Below are positions 20,370-29,024 of a stretch of DNA of 64,000 nt, one piece after another. The translations under genes were made by a program, and so were the position numbers. Below the pieces are notes generated by a model. It was not told the DNA's origin. It searched no databases and saw nothing but the letters and a program-made list of their open reading frames with translations. This DNA is from Phycisphaerae bacterium (GTDB lineage: Bacteria; Planctomycetota; Phycisphaerae; UBA1845; Fen-1342): positions 52,964 to 116,963 of the forward strand of contig CAXXWX010000004.1 of assembly GCA_963675745.2 (NCBI GenBank). Reading direction: 5' to 3'. Position 1 is the first letter of the stretch, and each line of letters starts with the position of its first letter.

Positions 20370-22316
20370 ATGAGCAGCCACAAGCGAACCGCTGAAACCG
20401 AAGGCCCGACACTGTTCGACCGCCCGGCCGGTGAGATTCCGGTGGTTTCCGTCAGTCAGGCGACATTTGTCGCGGCCGACGAAGACGTCGAAGTCACACC
20501 CGCGCCGCGCCCCGCCAAGAGCCAGCGCGACGCGGCCCCGCGCCAAAACGCGGGCTCCACAAAGCGCAATCGCAAGCCGCGGACCGTAACGGCCGAGACG
20601 CTGGCCAAGGGCCAGCGCGACATATCGGTTTCGGAGTTCTTCGCCAAAAACCGCCACCTGCTCGGATTCGACAACAAGCGCAAGGCATTGCTCACGACCA
20701 TCAAGGAAGCCGTCGACAACGCGCTTGACGCGTGCGAAGAGGCCGGCGTGTTGCCCGAACTTCACGTCGTCATCGATCAACTCGCCGAAGAGCGCTTTCG
20801 GGTAACCGTGCGCGACAACGGGCCGGGCATCGTCAAGGGCCAGATACCGAACATCTTCGGCAAGCTGCTCTATGGATCGAAATTCCACCGTTTGAAGATG
20901 TCACGTGGGCAGCAGGGCATCGGCATTTCGGCGGCCGGCATGTACGGCCTTCTGACCACCGGCAAGAGCGTGCACGTTACTTCGCGCACCAGCCCGCACA
21001 AAGAGGCCCACCACTTCCGCGTTGCCATCGACACGGCCAAGAACCGCCCGGACGTGATCAAGGACGAGACTGTCGAGGTGGATTGGGAGCGCGGCACCGA
21101 GGTGACCATCGAGCTCATCGCCAGCTACTCCAAGGGCAAACAGTCGGTCGACGAGTATCTCGAACAAACCGCGATCGCCAACCCGCACGCGCTGATGTAT
21201 TACAAATCGCCGATCGGGCAGCGCCGCGAGTTTCCGCGCGGCAGCGATGAGTTGCCCGCCGAGACCAAGGAAATCAAGCCGCACCCGTATGGCATTGAGC
21301 TCGGCGTGCTGATGAAGATGCTGAAAGAGGCCCGCGGGGTAAAACTGGCTGGTTTCTTGCAGCAGTCGTTCTCACGGCTGTCCCCGTCGGTCTCGCAACA
21401 GGTCTGCGCCTTGGCCGGTCTGAGTTCGCGCGCCGCGCCCAGCACGATTCCCAATCCCGACATTGAGCGGCTTTACCAGGCGATGCAATCGGTGAAGGTG
21501 ATGGCGCCGCCGACCGATTGCCTGGCGCCGATCGGCGTGCGCGCGCTGCTGGCCGGACTGCTCAAGGAAGTCAAAGCGGAGTTTTTCACGGCCACGACGC
21601 GGCGGCCAGCGGTTTACCGCGGCAATCCGTTTGCCATCGAGATTGCCCTGGCCTATGGCGGCAACGTGCCCGCCGATGGAACCGCGCGCGTCATCCGCTT
21701 TGCCAATCGCGTGCCGCTGCTCTACCAGCAGTCAGCCTGCGCCGCGTTCAAGAGCGTGCTGGAGGTTGACTGGCGCAATTACGGGCTGTCACAGCCGGGC
21801 GGCGGCCTGCCGGTCGGCCCGCTCGTAATCATGGTACACATGGCCAGCGTGTGGGTGCCGTTTACGTCGGAGAGCAAGGAAGCTATTGCCGACTATGACG
21901 AGATTCGCAAGGAAATGGCGCTGGCGCTGCGCGAGTGTGGGCGCAAGCTGGCGACATACGTTCGCCGCCGCCGCCGCCAGAAGCTCGAAGCCGATAAGCG
22001 CGACATTTTCACGCGCTACATTCCCGACGTGGCCGAGGCCCTGGCCAACCTGACGGGCCAGAGTGAAAGCCGTCTGCTAACCGATCTCCGCCAGGTCGCG
22101 AAAGCCCGCACGGCCGAAGCCGACGTCGTGCTCGACGAGGACGGCAAGCCCATCGAAAAGCCGAAGGACAACGGCGACCTCGACCGCGACGATTCGATCA
22201 TCATCGTGCCGGAAAACGAGGCCAACGATGTGCCCGAAGCGCTGTTCAACGGCAACGGGAATGGGAATGGCGGGAAGAAGGGGCGGAAGCGGACGAAGAA
22301 GCGCGGTCGGCGTTAG
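20370..22316 (+). CDS. top6B: DNA topoisomerase VI subunit B
   Basis: ISVSEFFAKNRHLLGFD, KEAVDNALDACEE, DNGPG, LYGSKFH..SRGQQGIGISAA, ANPHA, KPHPYG, RFANRVPLLY, VPFTSESKEAIA; ATG 20370 after GAGG. Confidence 0.95.
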   Translation: MSSHKRTAETEGPTLFDRPAGEIPVVSVSQATFVAADEDVEVTPAPRPAKSQRDAAPRQNAGSTKRNRKPRTVTAETLAKGQRDISVSEFFAKNRHLLGFDNKRKALLTTIKEAVDNALDACEEAGVLPELHVVIDQLAEERFRVTVRDNGPGIVKGQIPNIFGKLLYGSKFHRLKMSRGQQGIGISAAGMYGLLTTGKSVHVTSRTSPHKEAHHFRVAIDTAKNRPDVIKDETVEVDWERGTEVTIELIASYSKGKQSVDEYLEQTAIANPHALMYYKSPIGQRREFPRGSDELPAETKEIKPHPYGIELGVLMKMLKEARGVKLAGFLQQSFSRLSPSVSQQVCALAGLSSRAAPSTIPNPDIERLYQAMQSVKVMAPPTDCLAPIGVRALLAGLLKEVKAEFFTATTRRPAVYRGNPFAIEIALAYGGNVPADGTARVIRFANRVPLLYQQSACAAFKSVLEVDWRNYGLSQPGGGLPVGPLVIMVHMASVWVPFTSESKEAIADYDEIRKEMALALRECGRKLATYVRRRRRQKLEADKRDIFTRYIPDVAEALANLTGQSESRLLTDLRQVAKARTAEADVVLDEDGKPIEKPKDNGDLDRDDSIIIVPENEANDVPEALFNGNGNGNGGKKGRKRTKKRGRR

Positions 22317-22422
22317 GGGAACGTTCGGGATTGGGGGGTGTGGTTGGCGCGCTCGTCCAGTGCAGTTAGGATCGAGGTCGAGCACAGATTCGGCGGTTAC
22401 CAATGCCCTTGGGGAGGTTCAC

Positions 22423-22700
22423 ATGAAAAGGGACGTCATCGTTCGCCTGCACGGCAAGTTCGAGGAGATTGTCCGGATGTGGCCGGAGACCGGGATCGAG
22501 TTCTGGCTGGCGCGCGACCTCCAGGAGGTGCTCGGCTACGCTCGCTGGTAGAACTTCCGCAAGGCCATCGAGAGGGCCGTAACCGCATGCCAGAACGCAG
22601 GATACGACCCATCGGACCATTGTCTTGACGTCACGAAAAAGGTCGAACTGGGGTCGGGTGCTGTGCGCGATGCGGGGGACGTCGCCTTGACGCTCACCGA
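22423..22700 (+). pseudogene. DinD / BRO-N-like DNA-damage-inducible protein fragment
   Basis: MKRDVIVRLHGKFEE..EFWLARDLQEVLGYARW*NFRKAIERA..C..DH..DVTKKVELGSG..DVALT; in-frame TAG 22549-22551; homology ends just before a palindromic element. Confidence 0.75.
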
Positions 22701-22708
22701 TGTGCACT

Positions 22709-22858
22709 CGCCCCGAAGGGGCGCGCGTCAGCAGCCGGGGGCGCAGCCCCCGGAAACGGGCCAAACAGTTACCATCGCTCCGCCGGGGCTCGATTGTCAT
22801 GGCGCGCGTTACCCGGGGGTTTCACCCCCGGCTACTAACCCGCCGCCCCTTCGGGGCG
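22709..22858. repeat. Composite palindromic element (REP/PATE-like) with 15-bp terminal inverted repeats
   Basis: CGCCCCGAAGGGGCG ... CGCCCCTTCGGGGCG; inner hairpins CCGGGGGCGCAGCCCCCGG and CCGGGGGTTTCACCCCCGG. Confidence 0.75.
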
Positions 22859-22909
22859 AAGTACTCGCGCCGGGAAGTCAGCCCCTTGCCGATGCGAGCA
22901 TCCGACGGC

Positions 22910-23962
22910 TCAATTCGCGACGCAAACGCGGTGATCCTGGCGGGCGGTTACTCGACCGGCGCAGGCGGCACAGATCGCGTGAGCGCTGACCAGTTGTGCC
23001 ACCAGTTCCTCCGCCCGCTCCTCCGGCACGCTCAGCAGCAGGCCACCCGAGGTTTGGGCGTCCATCAGGATGCCGAGCAGGGTCTCTTCGACGTTGTCGG
23101 CCACGTGGAGCTTGTCGCCGAGGTATGCGCGGGAGTCTTTCCACATGCGCGTCAGCACGCCGGCGCGGGCGAATTCGAGCGTATGCTCCATAAGTGGCAC
23201 CGCCGATGCGTTGATCGTGATCGTTACGTCGCTGGCCTCGGCCATCTCGAACGCGTGGCCGACCAGTCCAAAGCCGGTGACGTCGGTGCAGGCGTTGACG
23301 CCGACCTTCATCGCCGCGTCGCGTCCGGGCTTGTTCAGCGCGCGCATAACGTGGATCGCCTCGGCGAGGTCGGCCTGGGGCAGTTTTCCGCATTTGGCGG
23401 CGCTGCACAGCACGCCGCTGCCGAGCGGCTTGGTGAGCACGAGCAGGTCGCCGGGCTTTGCGCCGGCGTTTGTGATATAGCGGTCCGGATGCACACGCCC
23501 GGTCACGGCCAGCCCGTACTTGATCTCGCTGTCGCGGACGCTGTGTCCGCCGACAATCACGGCCCCGGCCTCGGCGACCGCATCATGCCCGCCGCGCAGG
23601 ATTTCGCCGAGAATCTCGTAGTCCAGCACCTGATCGGGGTAGCCGACGAGATTTAGGGCCGTCATTGGCTCGCCGCCCATGGCGTAGATGTCACTCAGTG
23701 CGTTGGCGGCCGCGATGCCCCCGAACTCATAGGGGTCGTCGACCAGGGGTGGGAAGAAGTCCGCCGTCTGTACCAGGGCCAGGTCATCGGCGACACGAAA
23801 GATCCCCGCATCGTCGGCCGTGTTCATGCCCACGAGCAGATCCGGATGGTGCATCGGGGTCAGTTGACGCAGAACCTGCGCCAAGCCGCTCTGCGGCAGT
23901 TTTCCCGCTCACCCGGCACAAGACGCGTAATCGGTCAGTCGGATTTTGCGTGCCTCGGTCAT
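22910..23962 (-). CDS. selD: Selenide, water dikinase (selenophosphate synthetase), selenocysteine-containing
   Basis: MTEARKIRLTDYASCAG-TGA-AGKLPQ in frame with the 22910..23884 ORF (DDAG, QTADFF, ANALSDIYAMGG, GGHS, TDVTGFGL, QTSGGLL); TGA at 23909-23911. Confidence 0.93.
23864..23884 (-). promoter_or_regulatory. Putative bacterial SECIS hairpin
   Basis: UUGGCGCAG-GUU-CUGCGUCAA stem-loop, loop about 34 nt 3' of the UGA; apical GCAG-GU(U)-CUGC resembles the E. coli fdhF SECIS. Confidence 0.7.
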
Positions 23963-24070
23963 TGTTCTCAATGGAAACCGCGGATACAAGGATGCGATGA
24001 TCCAAGGGGGCCATCAGTGCGCCGCCCTTGAACCTTCGATCCAGTAGACCCTCGGCCCCGACTATCTCCG

Positions 24071-24949
24071 ATGCCTGGTCAGACCTTCTCTGAGATTCGG
24101 TCACTGCTCGTGTCGGCGGGACTAGCGCCCCAGCACCGCTTCGGGCAGAACTTCCTCACTGACCTGAATCTTATGCGAAAGCTGCTCCGTGCGGCAGAGC
24201 CCCAATCCGCCGACGTTATTCTGGAGGTCGGTCCGGGTACCGGCTCGCTCACCGAGCTACTGCTGGAAACCGGGGCTTGCGTGATCGCCGTCGAGCTCGA
24301 CCGCGGGCTGGCCGAGCTGCTTCGCGGTCGGCTGGGCCGGCGCGAGAACTTCACCCTGATTGAAGCGGATATCCTGGCCCACAAGCATGAGATCAACCCG
24401 GAGGTGCTGCGGCTGCTGAGCGAAAACGTCCCGGGGCCGGGCGGCGGGCGCAAACTGATCGCCAATCTGCCGTACCAGATTGCCACTCCGCTGATTATGG
24501 AACTGCTGTATTCTGATCCGCCCTTCAAATCACTGACCTGCACGATTCAGAAGGAGGTCGGTCAGCGACTGGTTGCCGAATTGGGTTCTGAGGCGTATGG
24601 CCCGCTTTCAATCATCGCCCAGACTTTGGCGGATGTGAGCACGATCACGACAATGCCGCCGACGGCGTTTTGGCCGGTCCCCAAAGTTCACTCGGTAATG
24701 GTGCGGATTGTGCCGCGCTGCGACTCCGAGATCGGCAGGGCCGACGCACTGCCGTTTGCGAAGATCGTGCAACGCGCGTTCAGGCAGCGGCGCAAGATGC
24801 TGCGGCGTAGCCTGCGCGACTGGGACATCGCCGAGCCCGAGGCGGTTCTGGCGGAAGTGGGTGTCAGTTCAGATGCTCGTCCTGAGGCGCTCTCGCCCAC
24901 GAAGTGGCGCCGGTTGTACTCATTGCTGAAGCGCTGCCGCTCTCAATGA
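24071..24949 (+). CDS. rsmA: 16S rRNA dimethyladenosine transferase
   Basis: FGQNFL, LEVGPGTG, ANLPYQI, QKEV, FWPVPKVHS, FRQRRKML. Confidence 0.95.
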   Translation: MPGQTFSEIRSLLVSAGLAPQHRFGQNFLTDLNLMRKLLRAAEPQSADVILEVGPGTGSLTELLLETGACVIAVELDRGLAELLRGRLGRRENFTLIEADILAHKHEINPEVLRLLSENVPGPGGGRKLIANLPYQIATPLIMELLYSDPPFKSLTCTIQKEVGQRLVAELGSEAYGPLSIIAQTLADVSTITTMPPTAFWPVPKVHSVMVRIVPRCDSEIGRADALPFAKIVQRAFRQRRKMLRRSLRDWDIAEPEAVLAEVGVSSDARPEALSPTKWRRLYSLLKRCRSQ

Positions 24950-25658
24950 TGTGGCTGGCCAGCTTGGCCTCCACAAAGTTGGGATTGGTTACGTCGGTAT
25001 GGCCGCCGTAATAGCCGTACCGCGCCCACTCGCGGCGCCAGCGGATGTTGACGACACGGTCCTTGTGTCGCGGGGGCTTGAGCCCGACGGCGCCGGCGCC
25101 GTCCACCCCCAGCTTGCCGTCGATCGTGCCGAAGATCTTCATGGGCCCCGCCAGGATCGCGTCCTGCGGCGAGTAGTAGTTGATGATCTGCCCCTTGATG
25201 CCGCGCAGGGCGGGGTCTATGTCGTAGTTACACGAGATGCTCCCGCTGAGCAGCAGGACGTTATCGACCTGATAGTCGTCATCTAGCCGTTCGCAGGCGA
25301 ACAGCGCTACCCCCGTCCCCGCCGACAATCCAACCAGGTTGATGGGCCGGCCGGGGAATCGATCGGCGTAGCGTTTAATGGTGCGTGCCAACCGCATGCC
25401 GCCCACGCGGGCATTGAGCTTGACGGCCTGATCAATCGCCGGATTCAGCGAAATCGTCCATAGGACGCTGGCGACTTCGCCCTTGTAGCCGGCGGCCTCG
25501 AGTCCTTCGCGGATACCGCGATCGCCGAAATCGACATTGCCCGCGCCGGGGCAGTAGAAGGTAATGCCGTTTTTTGCCTTGGAGGAGAAAGACGGACCGC
25601 ACCCGGCCAGGCTGATGCCCAGCAGTCCAAGTAGAGCAAGACCCCTCGCCTGTCGCAT
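24864..25658 (-). CDS. Lipoprotein with alpha/beta-hydrolase-like fold
   Basis: Lipobox LAGC; nucleophile elbow GLSAG; SPQD; GGH; AGGAG RBS. Confidence 0.75.
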   Translation of the reverse strand: MRQARGLALLGLLGISLAGCGPSFSSKAKNGITFYCPGAGNVDFGDRGIREGLEAAGYKGEVASVLWTISLNPAIDQAVKLNARVGGMRLARTIKRYADRFPGRPINLVGLSAGTGVALFACERLDDDYQVDNVLLLSGSISCNYDIDPALRGIKGQIINYYSPQDAILAGPMKIFGTIDGKLGVDGAGAVGLKPPRHKDRVVNIRWRREWARYGYYGGHTDVTNPNFVEAKLASHIIESGSASAMSTTGATSWARAPQDEHLN

Positions 25659-25835
25659 TGCCGCGCTCCTTGTTGATGGTGCAAGCAACGATGGTTGTAA
25701 ACAGCGGGTGGCCTTCGGCAGCTACCGCCCACGAAACGTCAGACCCTGCATGATAGCGGCAGGTTAGTCCTGTGGGAAACGGCGCAGGGGTTGGGGATTG
25801 TTCGTATTGCGGGCCGTGCGTGTGGCTGGCAGTGA

Positions 25836-26234
25836 TTATCCGTGATCGCTGGCACCGGCCTTGAATCCGCCGATGCGCAGGTTCTCCACCGGTTTCTCGT
25901 CAGGATGGACGGCGAACACCTCGACGCGCGCGATATCCTCGAAGGGGACGACGATCACGTAGGCGCCGACGTTGTAGTTCTCGTCAACGGGGACACACTC
26001 GAAAGCCAGGGCACTGCTGGTGCCGATTTCGGCGATCTCGCGCATCTCGTAGCTCAGGCCGTCCTTCAGATACAGAACGATGCGCGTCTCCAATTCGTCC
26101 ATGTACTTCTGACGCCCATTGGAGCCGTTCTTGCCTGACTTGGCATTAGGGAACTTCCGGGCTGCGCAGCGTCGCTTGGCCTCCTGGACTTGGCTGGTCA
26201 GCCCGGCTCCATGGAACCAGTCGTAATTGAACAT
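25836..26234 (-). CDS. Hypothetical protein
   Basis: ATG after GAGGA; typical codon usage; no recognisable motif. Confidence 0.7.
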   Translation of the reverse strand: MFNYDWFHGAGLTSQVQEAKRRCAARKFPNAKSGKNGSNGRQKYMDELETRIVLYLKDGLSYEMREIAEIGTSSALAFECVPVDENYNVGAYVIVVPFEDIARVEVFAVHPDEKPVENLRIGGFKAGASDHG

Positions 26235-26314
26235 GAACGCTCCTCTGCTGTCCTGCTCTGGCCACGGCATCAGCACTTGGCTCCGTAGCACCTGCGGTAG
26301 TACTATCGTCTGGA

Positions 26315-27382
26315 ATGACGCCTGACGCGAACGCCCAGATCATTAAAAGGCTGGCGCGCGAGACCGGTTTCGATCTGGTCGGGATCGCGCGGCCGGAGCC
26401 CACCGAAACCGCGGACCATTATAGGGCGTGGCTCGCCAACGGCTATGCCGCGGGGATGGCCTATATGGCCGAGCACGCCGACATTCGCGCGCAGCCGCTT
26501 CTGATCATGCCCGCGGCGCGCTCGGTTATCTGTGTGGCGGTTAACTACAGACAGCCACAGAAGTTACATGCAACCAGCGAGGGGGCGGCGCGTCGCCCCA
26601 AAGGCGCCGGTTCAGCCGCCGGGCCGGTTGGCAAAGTGGCGCAGTATGCACGCGGCAGCGACTACCACGTTGTAATGAGGCGGATGCTCGAAGAGCTCGC
26701 CGTACGCATGCGGGACGAACTGGATGTGGCGTTTGACCACCGCGTGTGCGTGGATACGGCTCCGATTCTGGAGCGCGAGCTGGCGCGGCGCGCGGGGTTG
26801 GGGTGGGTCGGCAAAAACACAATGGTCCTCAGCCGCGAATTGGGATCATACGTGTTCCTCGGGGAGCTTTTTACCACGCTGGACCTGCCGCCCGACGCGC
26901 CGGCGACGGACCACTGCGGCACCTGCACGCGTTGCCTGGATGCCTGTCCGACTCGCGCCATTGTGCGCCCGCGCGTGCTCGATGCCACACGCTGCATCTC
27001 ATACCTGACGATCGAACACCGCGGCGACGTGCCGCGCGATCTCCACGACCGGCTCGGCACATGGGTCTTCGGCTGTGATGTCTGCCAGGATGTCTGCCCT
27101 TTCAACCAGCGGGCGCCGCGCGCCACGCACCCCGATATCACGGCCGAAGTCGTGCCCGCCGAACTCGATCTGCACGCGCTCATTCAGCTAGGCAGCGGCG
27201 ACTATCGCCGCCTGACGCGGGGTTCGGCGACGGTCCGGGCGCGTCGCGGCATGTGGCGGCGCAATGCGGTTATCGCTCTTAAGAACACGCAGCCGCGCAC
27301 AGCGGCGGCCGAGCGGATGCTGGACGCGGCTCGCCGCGATGCCGACGCGCATGTGCGGCATGCCGCCGGGGGAACGCTCTGA
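26315..27382 (+). CDS. queG: Epoxyqueuosine reductase
   Basis: YARGSDYH, VDTAPILER, GWVGKN, CGTCTRCLDACPT, RCISYLTIE, FGCDVCQDVCPFN. Confidence 0.95.
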   Translation: MTPDANAQIIKRLARETGFDLVGIARPEPTETADHYRAWLANGYAAGMAYMAEHADIRAQPLLIMPAARSVICVAVNYRQPQKLHATSEGAARRPKGAGSAAGPVGKVAQYARGSDYHVVMRRMLEELAVRMRDELDVAFDHRVCVDTAPILERELARRAGLGWVGKNTMVLSRELGSYVFLGELFTTLDLPPDAPATDHCGTCTRCLDACPTRAIVRPRVLDATRCISYLTIEHRGDVPRDLHDRLGTWVFGCDVCQDVCPFNQRAPRATHPDITAEVVPAELDLHALIQLGSGDYRRLTRGSATVRARRGMWRRNAVIALKNTQPRTAAAERMLDAARRDADAHVRHAAGGTL

Positions 27383-27578
27383 CACCGCCGGCGGTCCGGC
27401 GCCTGAAGATTCCGAGCACGCAGGCGGCCCGTGACGCCCCGGTGCCGCAAGCTCCTGACGGCGTCGCCGCCGTTGCGATTTCGGGAGGCTGGAGGACGTT
27501 TGCCGGCTACCTCTTCGTGGGTCAAACGAGTAAAGTGACGGACTGGACAAAATGTGTTCCTCGATGTGGAGACCTGGT

Positions 27579-28694
27579 GTGCACACGCAGATAGACCTTT
27601 CAAGCCCGGACATCACGCAGGCTGAAATCGACGCGGTTGTCGCTGTTATGAAGACGCCGCGGCTGAGTCTGGGGCCGAAGGTAACCGAGTTTGAGCAGAC
27701 TTTTATTGATCGTCTGGGCGTCAAGCACGCCATCGCGTGCAACAGCGGGACGGCGGGGCTGCACCTGATCTGGAAGGCACTCGGCGTGGGGGCCGGTGAC
27801 GAGGTCATCACAACACCATTCTCATTCATCGCATCGAGCAACAGCGTGATGTTTGACGGCGGCCGACCCGTGTTCGTCGACATCGATCCGGCGACGTGGC
27901 AGATTGACGCGAATCTGGTTGAGGCCGCGATCACGCCGCGCACAAAAGCCCTGTTGCCGGTGGACGTATTCGGAACCACGCCGGACATGGACGCGTTGGC
28001 TGAAATTGCCGGTCGGCGTGGTCTGCGGCTGGTGGAGGACAGTTGCGAAGCGTTGGGAACGGTGTACCAGGGGCGGCCGGCGGGAACGCTGGCCGAGGCC
28101 GGCGCGTTCGGTTTCTATCCGAACAAGCAGATCACGACGGCCGAAGGCGGGATGGTCGTGACCAACGATGACGAACTGGCCACCACGGCTCGGGCCTTGC
28201 GCAACCAGGGTCGTGACGCCGACGCGGGCTGGCTGGCCCACACGCGTCTGGGCTACAACTATCGCCTGGCCGACATCAACTGCGCGATCGGCGTCGAGCA
28301 GATGCGGCGGCTTGATGAAATCCTCGCCACGCGCGAGCGCGTCGCCGGCTGGTATCGCGAGCGCCTGAGTAGCGAGCAGCGCGTCACCATGCAGGCGGTT
28401 TTGCCAGACGTGACGCAAAGCTGGTTTGTCCTGGTTGTGCGATTGGCGGACAGCTATACACAGGATGACCGCGACGGGATGCTCCGCGCGCTGGCCGAGA
28501 GTGGCATTGGTTGCAGCAACTACTTCACGCCGATTCACCTGCAACCGTTTTACCGCACGCAGTTAGGGTATAAGCCGGGTGACTTCCCGGTTTGTGAAGC
28601 TCTCGGAGCCCGCACTATAGCGCTGCCGTTCCACAATTACCTGTCAGAAAGTGAAGTGGACCGCGTTGTCGCCGCTCTGCGCGAACTGCTGTAG
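27579..28694 (+). CDS. DegT/DnrJ/EryC1/StrS PLP-dependent sugar aminotransferase
   Basis: NSGTAGLH, GDEVITTPFSFIAS, VEDSCEALG, FYPNKQITTAEGG, GYNYR. Confidence 0.93.
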   Translation: MHTQIDLSSPDITQAEIDAVVAVMKTPRLSLGPKVTEFEQTFIDRLGVKHAIACNSGTAGLHLIWKALGVGAGDEVITTPFSFIASSNSVMFDGGRPVFVDIDPATWQIDANLVEAAITPRTKALLPVDVFGTTPDMDALAEIAGRRGLRLVEDSCEALGTVYQGRPAGTLAEAGAFGFYPNKQITTAEGGMVVTNDDELATTARALRNQGRDADAGWLAHTRLGYNYRLADINCAIGVEQMRRLDEILATRERVAGWYRERLSSEQRVTMQAVLPDVTQSWFVLVVRLADSYTQDDRDGMLRALAESGIGCSNYFTPIHLQPFYRTQLGYKPGDFPVCEALGARTIALPFHNYLSESEVDRVVAALRELL

Positions 28695-29024
28695 CGGCCG
28701 AGAGCGTCGGCTTGGCGATCAAACGATGTGACGGCCGGCGCCCCGCCGGCCGCCGGGCGTCGCAGTTCGCGTGCGACCGCGCGTGATACTGCCGGCGCCG
28801 CTTTCTCGTTCCATCAACCGGCGGCGGCGGAGATGACGGCGAGAAACAGCCTCGAACTCGTCGCGATTTGGTTGATATCCTCCATCGATTTCCCAGAAAA
28901 AGTCCAATGATCCGAGATTCTTCGCCATGCGCGGTAAGATTCAGCGCGGGTTGTGCAAATTGTGATTGTGGAACAGTGAGCCGCACGAAACGCGGCGAGT
29001 GTTCAGCAAGCGAGGGATTACAAA

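Noticed and set aside
22549..22551. In-frame TAG as possible pyrrolysine or readthrough
   Set aside because: The gene is also truncated, the position corresponds to a non-catalytic Glu, and no pyl genes are visible; simple nonsense mutation.
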